Source: an uncultured Novosphingobium sp. (GTDB taxonomy: Bacteria > Pseudomonadota > Alphaproteobacteria > Sphingomonadales > Sphingomonadaceae). From it: a DNA stretch of 46,382 bases. Each line of letters begins with the position of its first letter. Position 1 is the first letter of the stretch. The notes beneath the pieces were generated by a model. It made no database searches, had not been told where the DNA came from, and saw only the letters and a program-made list of their open reading frames with translations. Below, in pieces: positions 1 to 9,223 of the stretch. The translations under genes were made by a program, and so were the position numbers. The stretch spans positions 1-46,382 of the forward strand of contig CALCQB010000284.1 in NCBI GenBank assembly GCA_937897535.1, read 5' to 3'.

Positions 1-2219
1 GCCTGATCGCGTTCATCCGCGGGGTCGGCCAGACCGACTTCAACTATGCGCTCGATCCCGGCGTCGGGGTCTATATCGACGATGTCTACATCCCGACCCT
101 GTCGAGCTCGCTGCTCGAACTGATCGACCTTGACCGGATCGAGATCCTGCGCGGACCGCAGGGCACGCTGGCCGGCAAGAACTCGATCGGCGGCGCGATC
201 AAGCTGTTCAGCGCCAAGCCCAAGGGTGACAATTCGGGCACGCTGCAGGTCGGCTACGGCTCGTACAACTCGCTCAACGTCCGCGGGATGGCCGACATCA
301 AGGTTTCGGAGACCCTGGCGGTCCGCGTCTCGGGCATGACCCGCAGCAGCGATGGCTATGTCGCGATGCTCGACTATGGCCTGACCCATCCCACCTCGAA
401 CGTTCCGGCCAACAACGCCCGCGGTCGCGGCAATGCCGACTATTCGACGATGGGCGGCCAGAACATCACCGCGGTTCGCGGCGCGCTGCGCTGGACCCCG
501 GCGAGCACGGTCGAAGTCAACCTGTCGGGCGACTATACCCGCGAGAATTCGGAAGCGATCCCGGTGGTCGTGATTGCCGCCGGCGCGGTTGCCCCGGCCG
601 GAACCACCTTCAATCCCGCGTCGGTCGGCAACTCTGCCTCGTTTACCGGCGCCGGGTTCAACCCGTGGCTGGTCGGCCGCAACGGATCGCAGGTCAACAT
701 GAGCTGCGCCTTCGTGCCGGCCGGTCCCTACAGCTGCGATACCGGCGGCAATCTGCAGGGCTATGATCCGCGTTTTGTCAGCTATTCGAACTTCATGGAC
801 GCGGCCGCGGCGACCACCCAGGCCCCGTTCAAGCCTTATTTCGCGCTGCCGATCACCAAGTTTACCGGCTGGGGCGTCCACGGCTCGATCTCGTTCGACC
901 TCAGCGACAACATCAACCTCCAGTACATCGGTTCCTACCGGGCCTACAATTCGAAGTTCGGGCAGGACCAGGACGGCACCCCGATCCCGATCGCGCAGCT
1001 CGACAACGAGCTCGACCACCATGCGTTCAGCTCGGAAGTACGGCTCAACTTCAAGGCCGGCGACGGCCTGCTCGAAGGGACCATCGGCGGGTTCTATCTC
1101 AGCCAGAAGGGCACCTATACCGCCCGGGTCGATCTCAACTACGTCACCCCGGTGATCGACTTCATCCATGGCCCGGACACCACCCCCAGCAAGACCAAGG
1201 CGCTGTTCGGCACGGTCACGCTGCATCCGGTCGAAGCGATGAGCATCACCGGCGGGGTCCGCTATACCAAGGACCAGAAGGACTACACCTACTTCCGCTC
1301 GAACCCGGACGGCACCCTGCCCAACGGTTTCAACTGCTTCGTCGCGAACGGGGTATTCTCGGAACCGAACTGCCTGCTGGCCGGAATCTACAACGTCACC
1401 GGCACCTTCAAGGGCGATCGGTGGGACTGGCGGGCGGTAGCCGACTACCGCTTCTCGAAGGAATTCCTGGTTTACGCGTCGTTCTCGACCGGGTTCAAGG
1501 GCGGCGGCGTGAACCCGCGTCCGTTCGTGTCCGATCAGGCGCTGGCGTTCAACCCGGAAACCCTGACCACCTACGAAGTGGGCTTCAAGGCTGACTTGCT
1601 CGATCGCGTCATCCGGGTAAACGGGGCGGCGTTCTTCAACAAGTACAACGACATCACCCTGGGCAAGCTGGTTTGCCCGGAATCGTCGCTGCCTTCGCCG
1701 TGCCTGCGTCCGGCCAATATCGGTTCGGCCGACGTCAAGGGCTTCGAACTTGAAGCCGCGATCCATCCGGCCGGCGGCTTCTCGATCGACGGCAGCTTCA
1801 GCTACCTCGACTTCAAGTACACCAGCCCGTGTGCCGGCGGCAATCTGGTCGGCAGCGCGATCCCGTGCAACAGCATCACGCCCTACACGCCCAAGACCAA
1901 CTATTCGGTCGGGGTCCAGTACGATCACGAGTTCGGCGCGGGCACTGTCTCGGTCCGGTTCGACGGTTCCTACCAGAGCGAGATGTACACCACCTCCGAG
2001 AACACGGTGTGGTCGAAGATGGACAGCCGCTTTGTCGGCAACGGCCAGATCTCGTTCACCTCGGCCGACAAGGACTGGAAGCTGACGGCTGAAGTGCGGA
2101 ACATCTTCAACAAGTACTACTTCCTGTCGGTTGCCGACGTGACCACCTCGCTCGGCGCGGTAACCGGTGTGCCCGCGCTGCCGCGGACCTGGGCGGTCAC
2201 GCTCAAGCGGAACTTCTGA
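1..2219 (+). CDS. TonB-dependent receptor, 5'-truncated by the window edge
   Basis: Frame is open from nt 3 (LIAFIRGVGQTDFNYALDPGVGVYIDDVY...RIEILRGPQGTLAGKNSIGGAIK, plug domain) and continues into the 288..2219 ORF; barrel motifs YASFSTGFKGGG and FNPETLTTYEVGFK; C-terminal Phe. Confidence 0.93.
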   Translation, partial: LIAFIRGVGQTDFNYALDPGVGVYIDDVYIPTLSSSLLELIDLDRIEILRGPQGTLAGKNSIGGAIKLFSAKPKGDNSGTLQVGYGSYNSLNVRGMADIKVSETLAVRVSGMTRSSDGYVAMLDYGLTHPTSNVPANNARGRGNADYSTMGGQNITAVRGALRWTPASTVEVNLSGDYTRENSEAIPVVVIAAGAVAPAGTTFNPASVGNSASFTGAGFNPWLVGRNGSQVNMSCAFVPAGPYSCDTGGNLQGYDPRFVSYSNFMDAAAATTQAPFKPYFALPITKFTGWGVHGSISFDLSDNINLQYIGSYRAYNSKFGQDQDGTPIPIAQLDNELDHHAFSSEVRLNFKAGDGLLEGTIGGFYLSQKGTYTARVDLNYVTPVIDFIHGPDTTPSKTKALFGTVTLHPVEAMSITGGVRYTKDQKDYTYFRSNPDGTLPNGFNCFVANGVFSEPNCLLAGIYNVTGTFKGDRWDWRAVADYRFSKEFLVYASFSTGFKGGGVNPRPFVSDQALAFNPETLTTYEVGFKADLLDRVIRVNGAAFFNKYNDITLGKLVCPESSLPSPCLRPANIGSADVKGFELEAAIHPAGGFSIDGSFSYLDFKYTSPCAGGNLVGSAIPCNSITPYTPKTNYSVGVQYDHEFGAGTVSVRFDGSYQSEMYTTSENTVWSKMDSRFVGNGQISFTSADKDWKLTAEVRNIFNKYYFLSVADVTTSLGAVTGVPALPRTWAVTLKRNF

Positions 2220-2242
2220 CCGACACCTGATACACCCTCCTG

Positions 2243-2278
2243 GGGCCGCCAATCTTCGGGTTGGCGGCCCTTCTTTTT
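2243..2278 (+). terminator. Rho-independent terminator
   Basis: GGGCCGCCAATC-TTCG-GGTTGGCGGCCC stem with a UUCG loop, followed by TTCTTTTT, just after the receptor stop. Confidence 0.85.
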
Positions 2279-2282
2279 CGGC

Positions 2283-2328
2283 TTGCGCCGCGCCGCCGCC
2301 ACGCTACACCAATGCTAACAATAGTTAG
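2283..2328 (+). promoter_or_regulatory. Putative sigma70 promoter plus operator copy 1 (CTAACAATAGTTAG, 2315-2328)
   Basis: TTGCGC-N16-TACACC, followed by a 1-mismatch copy of TAACAATTGTTA upstream of the dioxygenase RBS. Confidence 0.65.
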
Positions 2329-2338
2329 GATGAGGACG

Positions 2339-3823
2339 ATGGGCGCTTTTCCGCAGACCCCCTATTTCATGGGGCTCAACGAACCGGTCGGTCAGGAGGT
2401 CAGCCTGCGCGGGCTGGTGGTCGAAGGCACGCTTCCGCCTGAGGTTCGGGGCAGCTTCTACCGCGCGATCCCCGATCCGGCCTATCCGCCCAAGTTCGAG
2501 AACGACCATACCCTGTCGGGCGACGGGATGATCAGCCGCCTGTCATTCAACGCCGACGGGACCGCCGACTTCGCGCTGAAATTCGTCCGCACCGCGCGCT
2601 GGCTGGCCGAGCACGAAGCCGGTCGCGCCCGCTTCGGCAAATACCGCAACCCCTTCACCGACGATGCCGACGTGCAGGGCGTCGACCGGACCGTCGCCAA
2701 TACCACCCCGGTCTGGCACGCCGGGCGGATGCTGATGGCCAAGGAAGACGGCCGCCCGTACCAGGTCGATCCGCTGACGCTGGAGACGATCGGCAGCTAT
2801 GATTTCGGCGGTGCGCTCAAGTCGGAAACGATGACCGCGCATGTCCGGATCGACGCCGCGACCGGCGAACTGTTCTTCTATGGCTATGAGGCCGACGGCT
2901 GCGCCAGCACCAAGGTCGCCTATTGCGTGGTGGGCCCCGACGGCTCGCTCAAGTCCGAGCAGTGGTTCGACGCCCCTTATTGCGCGATGATGCACGATTT
3001 CACGATCAGCGAGAATTACGCGCTGTTCCCGATCTATCCGACCACCAGCGACCTCGACCGGCTCAAGGCCGGCGGCGAGCATTGGCACCACCAGCCCGAA
3101 CTCGACAGCTGGCTCGGCGTCATGCCGCGCTATGGCGATGTTTCGGAAATCAAGTGGTTCAAGGGTCCCAAGGGCTGCCATTCGTACCACATGATGAATG
3201 CCTGGGAGGACGAGGCGGGCCTGCTCCATTTCGACGCCTGCCTCAATGACAGCAACGCCTTCGCCTTTATCCGCGAGCCGTCCGGAATTCACCGCCCGCA
3301 GTGGGAGATCAAGGGTGCGCTGACCCGCTGGACGGTCGATCCCAAGGCCAATGGCGGCGCGGTCACCGAGCGCGAGATCGGGCCGCCCGGGGACTTCCCG
3401 GTGATCCCTGCGGTCAAGCAGGGCCGGCCGTATGATCACGGCTGGATGCTGAGCATGAACCCCGACATGCAGGGCCCGCCGCTGTTTGCCGGGCCGGTCG
3501 GGGTCAGCTTCAACCTGCTGCTGCGGCTCGAAGGCATGGGCACGGCCGCGCCGCGTGTGGCCGACGCCCTCGCGCTGCCGCCGATGGCCGGCTACAACGA
3601 GCCGGTCCACGTCCCCGCTGCCGATCCCGCCCACAAGGGCTGGCTGGTGTTCATCGTCGACCAGCAGGTGGGCGATAATCAATTCACCCACGAAGCCTGG
3701 GTGCTCGATGGCGGCAACCTTGCCGCAGGGCCAGTCGCCAAGGTGGCGATCCCGCAGCGCCTGCGTCCGCAGGTCCACGGCTGGTGGGTGCCGCAAGCGC
3801 AGCTCGATGCGCTTACGGCATGA
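2339..3823 (+). CDS. lsdA: Lignostilbene alpha,beta-dioxygenase (carotenoid cleavage oxygenase family), 494 aa
   Basis: ATG after GAGGA; N-terminus MGAFPQTPYF; YRNPFTDD motif of stilbene-cleaving enzymes; four Fe-ligand His contexts (TAHV, MHDF, SYHMMN, VHGWW). The symbol is by resemblance to sphingomonad Lsd/NOV2. Confidence 0.85.
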   Translation: MGAFPQTPYFMGLNEPVGQEVSLRGLVVEGTLPPEVRGSFYRAIPDPAYPPKFENDHTLSGDGMISRLSFNADGTADFALKFVRTARWLAEHEAGRARFGKYRNPFTDDADVQGVDRTVANTTPVWHAGRMLMAKEDGRPYQVDPLTLETIGSYDFGGALKSETMTAHVRIDAATGELFFYGYEADGCASTKVAYCVVGPDGSLKSEQWFDAPYCAMMHDFTISENYALFPIYPTTSDLDRLKAGGEHWHHQPELDSWLGVMPRYGDVSEIKWFKGPKGCHSYHMMNAWEDEAGLLHFDACLNDSNAFAFIREPSGIHRPQWEIKGALTRWTVDPKANGGAVTEREIGPPGDFPVIPAVKQGRPYDHGWMLSMNPDMQGPPLFAGPVGVSFNLLLRLEGMGTAAPRVADALALPPMAGYNEPVHVPAADPAHKGWLVFIVDQQVGDNQFTHEAWVLDGGNLAAGPVAKVAIPQRLRPQVHGWWVPQAQLDALTA

Positions 3824-4743
3824 GCCGAATTGCGATCACCGGCGCATCGGGCCAGTACGGCCGCCTCGCCACGCAGGGCCTGATCGCGCGCGGCCGCGCC
3901 GCCGACCTGATCCTGATGAGCCGCAGCCCCGACAAGCTGGCCGATCTGGCTGCGCTGGGCTGCGAGGTCCGCTATGGTGACTACGACCGGCCCGAGACGC
4001 TCGCTGCGGCGATGGGGGGTGCGGACAAGCTGCTGCTGATCAGCGGCACGCGGGTTGGCGCACGGGTGGTGCAGCACCAGGCCGCAATCGAGGCAGCCGC
4101 AGCAGCCGGGGTGCGCCATGCCGCCTACACCAGCTTCATCGGGATCGACGACCCGGCCAACCCGGCCGAAGTCCGCCACGATCACATCGAGACCGAGCGG
4201 CTGCTCAAGGCCAGCGGCATGGCCTGGACCTGCTTGCGCGACGCGCACTATGCCGACGCGATGATCCTGATGGCCGGACCGGGGGTAATGGCCAGCCGCC
4301 AGTGGATCAGCAATTCCGGCGAAGGCCGAGAGGCGATGGTCTGGCGCGACGATTGTGCCGCCTGCGCGGTCGCGGTGCTTGATGGCACCGGGCACGAAAA
4401 CCGGACCTACGACATCACCGGCCCGGACTTGCAGACCTTTGCCGATGTCACCGCGCTGATGTCCGAGATTACCGGGGTGCCGCTCGAATATGTCAGCGTC
4501 GATGACGCGGCCCAATACGCGATGTTCGACGCGATGGGCATCCCGCGCCGCCCGGTCGATAACCTCGAAGTCGGCGGAATCCCCTGGAACAGCGACGACA
4601 TGGTCACCTTTGGCCAGGCAATCCGTGAAGGGTTCCTCGAGGTCTGCTCAGGAGATGTCGAAGCCCTGCTCGGCCGCCCGCCGCGCTCGGTCCGCCAGAT
4701 GATCGAGCAGAATGTCGTAATGCTAAGGGCAGCGGCGGCCTAA
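3820..4743 (+). CDS. pinZ: NmrA-like atypical SDR, probable pinoresinol reductase
   Basis: ITGASGQYG Rossmann motif; LLISGTRVGARVVQH, NPAEVRHDHIETE and WNSDDMVTFG resemble sphingomonad PinZ as recalled; ATGA overlap with the dioxygenase. Confidence 0.7.
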   Translation: MSRIAITGASGQYGRLATQGLIARGRAADLILMSRSPDKLADLAALGCEVRYGDYDRPETLAAAMGGADKLLLISGTRVGARVVQHQAAIEAAAAAGVRHAAYTSFIGIDDPANPAEVRHDHIETERLLKASGMAWTCLRDAHYADAMILMAGPGVMASRQWISNSGEGREAMVWRDDCAACAVAVLDGTGHENRTYDITGPDLQTFADVTALMSEITGVPLEYVSVDDAAQYAMFDAMGIPRRPVDNLEVGGIPWNSDDMVTFGQAIREGFLEVCSGDVEALLGRPPRSVRQMIEQNVVMLRAAAA

Positions 4744-5153
4744 GTGCGCCACAGCGCATCGAGTGCTGGCTTGAAATGGGGCCGATGCTCTGCCGGCACT
4801 CGGCCAAGCAGTTCTGTCTCGAACGTATCGATCAACGTCTGCGCTTCGTTGAGCTTGGCCCGGCCCACCTCGGTCAGGCGGAGCCCGTGGCTCTTGCCGT
4901 CGATTGGCTGGCGGAGCAGCAGGTCTGCGGCCTCCAGCCGCGCGACCAGCGGCACCATGTTGGCGCGCTGGATATCGAGCATCCGGCCAAGCTGGCTCGC
5001 GGTGATCGCGGGATTGGCCTCAACCAGCAGCAGCGCCGAGACATCGGCAAAACGCAGCCCGAGCGGTTCGAGCCGCGCCGAAAGCTCCGCCATCATCGCC
5101 GCTGCGGCGCGGCGCAACGAATAGCCCGGCAAGTCTTGCAGCGGATCCCTCAT
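4740..5153 (-). CDS. MarR-family regulator (FerC-like), divergent from ligV-ferB
   Basis: 137 aa; PGYSLRRA and the winged helix ITASQLGRMLDIQRANMVPLVARLE...D.KS..L.LT..G. Confidence 0.88.
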   Translation of the reverse strand: MRDPLQDLPGYSLRRAAAAMMAELSARLEPLGLRFADVSALLLVEANPAITASQLGRMLDIQRANMVPLVARLEAADLLLRQPIDGKSHGLRLTEVGRAKLNEAQTLIDTFETELLGRVPAEHRPHFKPALDALWRT

Positions 5154-5169
5154 TCCGGCAGCATAGCAA

Positions 5170-5213
5170 TAGCTATTGATCATAGCAATAACGTTTGATA
5201 TGATCCATAGCAA
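5170..5213. promoter_or_regulatory. Two tandem inverted-repeat operators (TAGCTAT-TGATC-ATAGCAA and TTGATAT-GATCC-ATAGCAA)
   Basis: Located at 5170-5188 and 5195-5213 in the marR/ligV divergent gap; GCTAT-N5-ATAGC architecture; CATAGCAAT occurs three times within about 55 bp. Confidence 0.7.
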
Positions 5214-5230
5214 TCAAGGGAGAGTCGAGC

Positions 5231-6628
5231 ATGGATTTCACACGCCTCAATCCGCTCACCGGCGAAGTCGCATCATCGGCCAAGGCCATGAAAGCTGGTG
5301 ACATCCCGGCGATTGCAGCGCGCGCCGCAGCGGCCTTTCCGGCCTGGGCCGCACAAGGGCCAAACGCGCGCCGCGCCGTGCTGACCAAAGCCGCCGAAGG
5401 GCTTGAGGCCCGCAAGGATAGCTTCGTGGCGGCGATGATTGCCGAGACCGGATCGACCGCCGGGTGGGCGATGTTCAACCTCGGCGTGGCAGTCAGCATG
5501 GTCCGCGAGGCCGCAGCGCTGACCACCCAGATCGCTGGCGAAGTGATCCCCAGCGACAAGCCCGGGTGCCTCGCCCTGGCGCTCAAGGAACCGGTCGGCG
5601 TGATTCTGGGAATCGCCCCGTGGAACGCCCCGATCATTCTGGGCGTGCGCGCCATCGCGGTCCCGCTGGCCTGTGGCAACGCGGTGATCCTCAAGGCCAG
5701 CGAAACCTGCCCGCAGACCCACGCGCTGATCATCGAGGCCTTTGCCGAAGCGGGCTTCCCCGAAGGCGTGGTCAATGTCGTGACCAACGCGCCCGCCGAC
5801 GCCGCTGAAGTCGTCGGGGCGCTGATCGATGCGCCAGAGGTCAAACGGATCAACTTCACCGGATCGACCGGGGTGGGCAGGATCATCGCCAAACGCGCAG
5901 CCGAACAGCTCAAGCCGTGCCTGCTCGAACTGGGCGGCAAGGCCCCGCTGATCGTGCTTGATGATGCCGATCTGGATGAGGCGGTCAAGGCTGCGGCGTT
6001 CGGGGCTTTCATGAACCAGGGTCAGATCTGCATGAGCACCGAGCGGATCATCGTGGTCGATGCGGTGGCCGATGAATTCGCCAGGCGCTTCGCCGCCAAG
6101 GCCAGCAGCATGACGGCCGGCGATCCGCGCGCGGGCAATACGCCGCTCGGTGCAGTGGTCGATCAGAAGACCGTTACCCACGTCAATGCACTGATCGATG
6201 ATGCCGCCGCCAAGGGCGCGACGGTCATCGCCGGGGGCAAAGGCGACAGCGTGGTGATGCCCGCGACTGTGGTCGACGGCGTGACCGATGCGATGAACCT
6301 CTACCGCGACGAAAGCTTTGGACCTGTCGTAGCGATGATCCGCGCCCGCGATACCGACCACGCGGTCGAACTCGCCAACGATACCCAGTACGGCCTGTCC
6401 GCCGCTGTCTTCACCAAGGACATCGCCAAGGGCCTGACCGTGGCCCGCCGGATCCAGTCGGGTATCTGCCACGTCAACGGCCCGACCGTGCACGACGAGG
6501 CGCAGATGCCGTTCGGCGGGGTCGGCGCATCGGGCTATGGCCGCTTCGGCGGCAAGCAGGGCATCGACAGCTTCACCGAAACCCGCTGGATCACGATTGA
6601 GACCCAGCCCGGCCATTATCCGATCTGA
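5231..6628 (+). CDS. ligV: Vanillin dehydrogenase (aldehyde dehydrogenase)
   Basis: FTRLNPLTGEVAS start; IAPWNAP, FTGST, LELGGKAP, catalytic GQICMS, ESFGP; ends TQPGHYPI as in LigV/Vdh. Confidence 0.85.
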   Translation: MDFTRLNPLTGEVASSAKAMKAGDIPAIAARAAAAFPAWAAQGPNARRAVLTKAAEGLEARKDSFVAAMIAETGSTAGWAMFNLGVAVSMVREAAALTTQIAGEVIPSDKPGCLALALKEPVGVILGIAPWNAPIILGVRAIAVPLACGNAVILKASETCPQTHALIIEAFAEAGFPEGVVNVVTNAPADAAEVVGALIDAPEVKRINFTGSTGVGRIIAKRAAEQLKPCLLELGGKAPLIVLDDADLDEAVKAAAFGAFMNQGQICMSTERIIVVDAVADEFARRFAAKASSMTAGDPRAGNTPLGAVVDQKTVTHVNALIDDAAAKGATVIAGGKGDSVVMPATVVDGVTDAMNLYRDESFGPVVAMIRARDTDHAVELANDTQYGLSAAVFTKDIAKGLTVARRIQSGICHVNGPTVHDEAQMPFGGVGASGYGRFGGKQGIDSFTETRWITIETQPGHYPI

Positions 6629-6648
6629 TTCTGAAAAGGACTACGCCC

Positions 6649-7491
6649 ATGACTACTGACCGTGCCGAAGCCGATACCGTTGCCTATTCCGTCGAGGACG
6701 GGATTGCCTGGGTCAAATTCAACCGCCCCGAAAAGCGCAACTGCATGAGCCCCAAGCTCAACCGGCAGATGAAGAAGGTGCTGGAAGAGCTGGAGTTTCG
6801 CGACGACGTGAAGGTGCTGGTGCTGACCGGCGAGGGCGAGGCCTGGACCGCCGGCATGGACCTCAAGGAATATTTCCGCGAAACCGAAGCGCAGGGCCTC
6901 GGCGCGATCCGCAAGAGCCAGCGTGAGAGCTATGGCTGGTTCGAACGGCTGCGCTGGTATGAGAAGCCGACCGTGGCGATGATCAACGGTTGGTGCTTCG
7001 GTGGCGGCTATGGCCCGCTGTTCGGCTGCGACATCGCGATTGCCGCAGAAGACGCGCAGTTCGGCCTTTCCGAAATCAACTGGGGCATCCTCCCCGGCGG
7101 CGGCGCCAGCAAGGTCGCGCAGGAACTGATGCCGTTCCGCAAGGCGATGTACCACGCGATGATGGGCGAGAACCTGACCGGCACCCAGGCCGAAGCCCAG
7201 GGCCTGATCACCGAGGCGGTTCCGGCCGACAAGCTGCGGGCGCGCGTGCTCGAAGTCTGCGAAGTGCTCAAGAAGAAGGACGGCAACGCGCTGCGCGCCA
7301 CCAAGTGGACGATGCGGCGGATGGTCGACATGACCTATGACAACGGTCTGGAATACCAGATTCGCGCGCAGGAAGCGCTGCACAGCTTTGGCGGCGCGGC
7401 CGCGCGCAAGGAAGCAACCCGCCAGTTCCTCGACGAAAAGACCTTCAAGCCTGGACTCGAAACCTTCGACACGTCCAGGGTCAAAGGATGA
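6649..7491 (+). CDS. ferB: Hydroxycinnamoyl(feruloyl)-CoA hydratase/lyase
   Basis: Crotonase fold with NRPEKRNCMSP, AGMDLKEYFRE, GWCFGGG and FGLSEINWGILPGG, which are characteristic of HCHL/Ech. Confidence 0.9.
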   Translation: MTTDRAEADTVAYSVEDGIAWVKFNRPEKRNCMSPKLNRQMKKVLEELEFRDDVKVLVLTGEGEAWTAGMDLKEYFRETEAQGLGAIRKSQRESYGWFERLRWYEKPTVAMINGWCFGGGYGPLFGCDIAIAAEDAQFGLSEINWGILPGGGASKVAQELMPFRKAMYHAMMGENLTGTQAEAQGLITEAVPADKLRARVLEVCEVLKKKDGNALRATKWTMRRMVDMTYDNGLEYQIRAQEALHSFGGAAARKEATRQFLDEKTFKPGLETFDTSRVKG

Positions 7492-8288
7492 CCGAACGGA
7501 TCGCCCAGATCGCCTATGTCGCAGGCGGCGGCCCCCGGCCCTTCTATTATGCCAACGCGCATGAGAAGGACCGGGTCCCGATCGACCTGCGACCGATGCC
7601 GGTCCACGATGCCCGGGCGATCGACGCGCAGATCGACCGCGAAGGCTTCCAACTGGTCCGCCACGCAAGTGCGATCACCGACTGGACCGATCGGGCGGCG
7701 CTGGAGGCGATCCACAAGGGTGAAGTTGCCGAGCTGATCAAGGCGCTGACCGGGGCCGACGAAGTCCAGGTCAACGCACCCGGAATTCTGCGCTATTCCG
7801 AAAAGAGCGGCAAGGCCGGGAGCAGCGACAATTCGCACCCGGCCCGCTTCGCGCACGTCGACATCAACGATGTCACCGCTGCGCAGTTCGCGACACGCGG
7901 CTCGGGCGGGAGGGCATTTAGGCGCTGCGCTGCCTACAACCTGTGGCGTGCGCTATCGCCCGCGCCGCAGGATATTCCGCTGGCCTTGTGCGACGCCCGC
8001 AGTGTGGCGGCGGAGGACCTGATCGTCGCCGACGCGATTTTCGATCCGCCAGGTGGTGCGCCCGAATGGTCGTTCGAATCATGGGTTGTGGCGCACAATC
8101 CGGCGCACCAGTGGCACTTCTATTCGGACCTGAACGCGGCCGAGGCAATCCTGTTCAAGACCAACGACAGCGATCCGGCGCGGGCCCACTGCATCCCCCA
8201 CGTCGCCTTTGACGATCCGCTTGCCCCGGCCGATGCCCCGCCCCGCGTCAGCATCGAGATGCGCGCGACCTGCTTCTGGTGGGCCTGA
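7488..8288 (+). CDS. CmcJ/NvfI-family putative non-heme iron oxidoreductase
   Basis: EGFQLVRH, AHVD (HxD), NLWRAL..QDIPLALCD, PHVAF and R.SIEMR motifs; ATGA overlap with ferB. Confidence 0.75.
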   Translation: MTERIAQIAYVAGGGPRPFYYANAHEKDRVPIDLRPMPVHDARAIDAQIDREGFQLVRHASAITDWTDRAALEAIHKGEVAELIKALTGADEVQVNAPGILRYSEKSGKAGSSDNSHPARFAHVDINDVTAAQFATRGSGGRAFRRCAAYNLWRALSPAPQDIPLALCDARSVAAEDLIVADAIFDPPGGAPEWSFESWVVAHNPAHQWHFYSDLNAAEAILFKTNDSDPARAHCIPHVAFDDPLAPADAPPRVSIEMRATCFWWA

Positions 8289-8289
8289 C

Positions 8290-9162
8290 CTAAAGCCGCT
8301 TGTACAGCGCGAGCAGCCGCCCCCAGGCGCGGTCGGCCTCGGCCTTGTCATAGATCGGGGCGTCCAGCGTGCACCAGCCATGGTCGGCGTTGTAGACCTC
8401 GACCTCGACCGGGCGGCCCGATTCCTTGGCCGCAGCGCGCAGTGCGTCCTTGTCGGTCGGAGCCTTGGCATCGTCGTTGCGGGCAATCGCGATCAGGAAC
8501 GCAGCCTTGCTCTGCTTGAACAGCAGGTGCGGGCTGTCGGGCTTGTCGGTGACCAGACCGCCGCCATGGAACGAGGCGGCCGCCTTGATCCGCCCAGGCA
8601 AGGCCGCCGCGCTGCGGATCGCGAACGAACCAGTCTGGCAATAGCCTTGGGTGCCGATGCCCTTGCGCTTGTTGACCCCGCCTTGCTTGTCGAGCCAGGC
8701 AACGTAGGCGGTGGCATCGCGGACCGTGTTGGCGGGTGAGACCGAGGCAATCGCGGGCTTGAGCTTTTCCTGCCCAGCCGGCGTGCGCCATTCGGCCATC
8801 GCCGTGACGAACGGCGCCGGCCCGGCGCGGTAGTAGTGATTGACCGCGAGCACCGCAAAGCCCTCCGCCGCCAGCCGCCGGGCCATTTCCTTGTAGGCTT
8901 CGCGCAGGCCCGCGACATCGGGCCACAGGATCACCGCGGGATACTTGCCCTTGGCCGGATGGACGAAGAAGGCATCGGTCACGCCATCGGCAGTCGGTAC
9001 GCTGACCATCGCCTCGGTGATCGCGCGGCCCTTGGCCTGGCTTTCGCTGCCCGAGCAGGCGACCAGCACCCCGGCCGCGCCGATCGCGGCAAATTCGCGG
9101 CGGCTGAGCCCCTTGGCGGCGAGCGCGGCTTCTTCTTCGATCGCGGTATGGTCGTCACACAT
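8290..9162 (-). CDS. Dienelactone hydrolase family protein with a Tat-like leader
   Basis: SRREF leader; WPDVAGLR, nucleophile motif GYCQTG, SFHGG, catalytic His in ADHGW. Confidence 0.88.
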   Translation of the reverse strand: MCDDHTAIEEEAALAAKGLSRREFAAIGAAGVLVACSGSESQAKGRAITEAMVSVPTADGVTDAFFVHPAKGKYPAVILWPDVAGLREAYKEMARRLAAEGFAVLAVNHYYRAGPAPFVTAMAEWRTPAGQEKLKPAIASVSPANTVRDATAYVAWLDKQGGVNKRKGIGTQGYCQTGSFAIRSAAALPGRIKAAASFHGGGLVTDKPDSPHLLFKQSKAAFLIAIARNDDAKAPTDKDALRAAAKESGRPVEVEVYNADHGWCTLDAPIYDKAEADRAWGRLLALYKRL

Positions 9163-9223
9163 GGCAGCTCTCCTTGAAAGGCCAAACTAGCCCACTTTGC
9201 AGCGCCGTCCAGTGCCCCAGGGG

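Noticed and set aside
2261-2338. Upstream start extensions in the ORF track (also 3784, 5213, 10107, 10273, 11589, 14001, 17403, 18138, 35301, 40998)
   Set aside because: They run through terminators, operators or neighbouring genes; the downstream starts have an RBS or translational coupling.
2339-3823. Carotenoid/retinal-forming oxygenase
   Set aside because: The YRNPFTDD motif and aromatic-catabolic context favour stilbene cleavage; there are no crt or rhodopsin genes.
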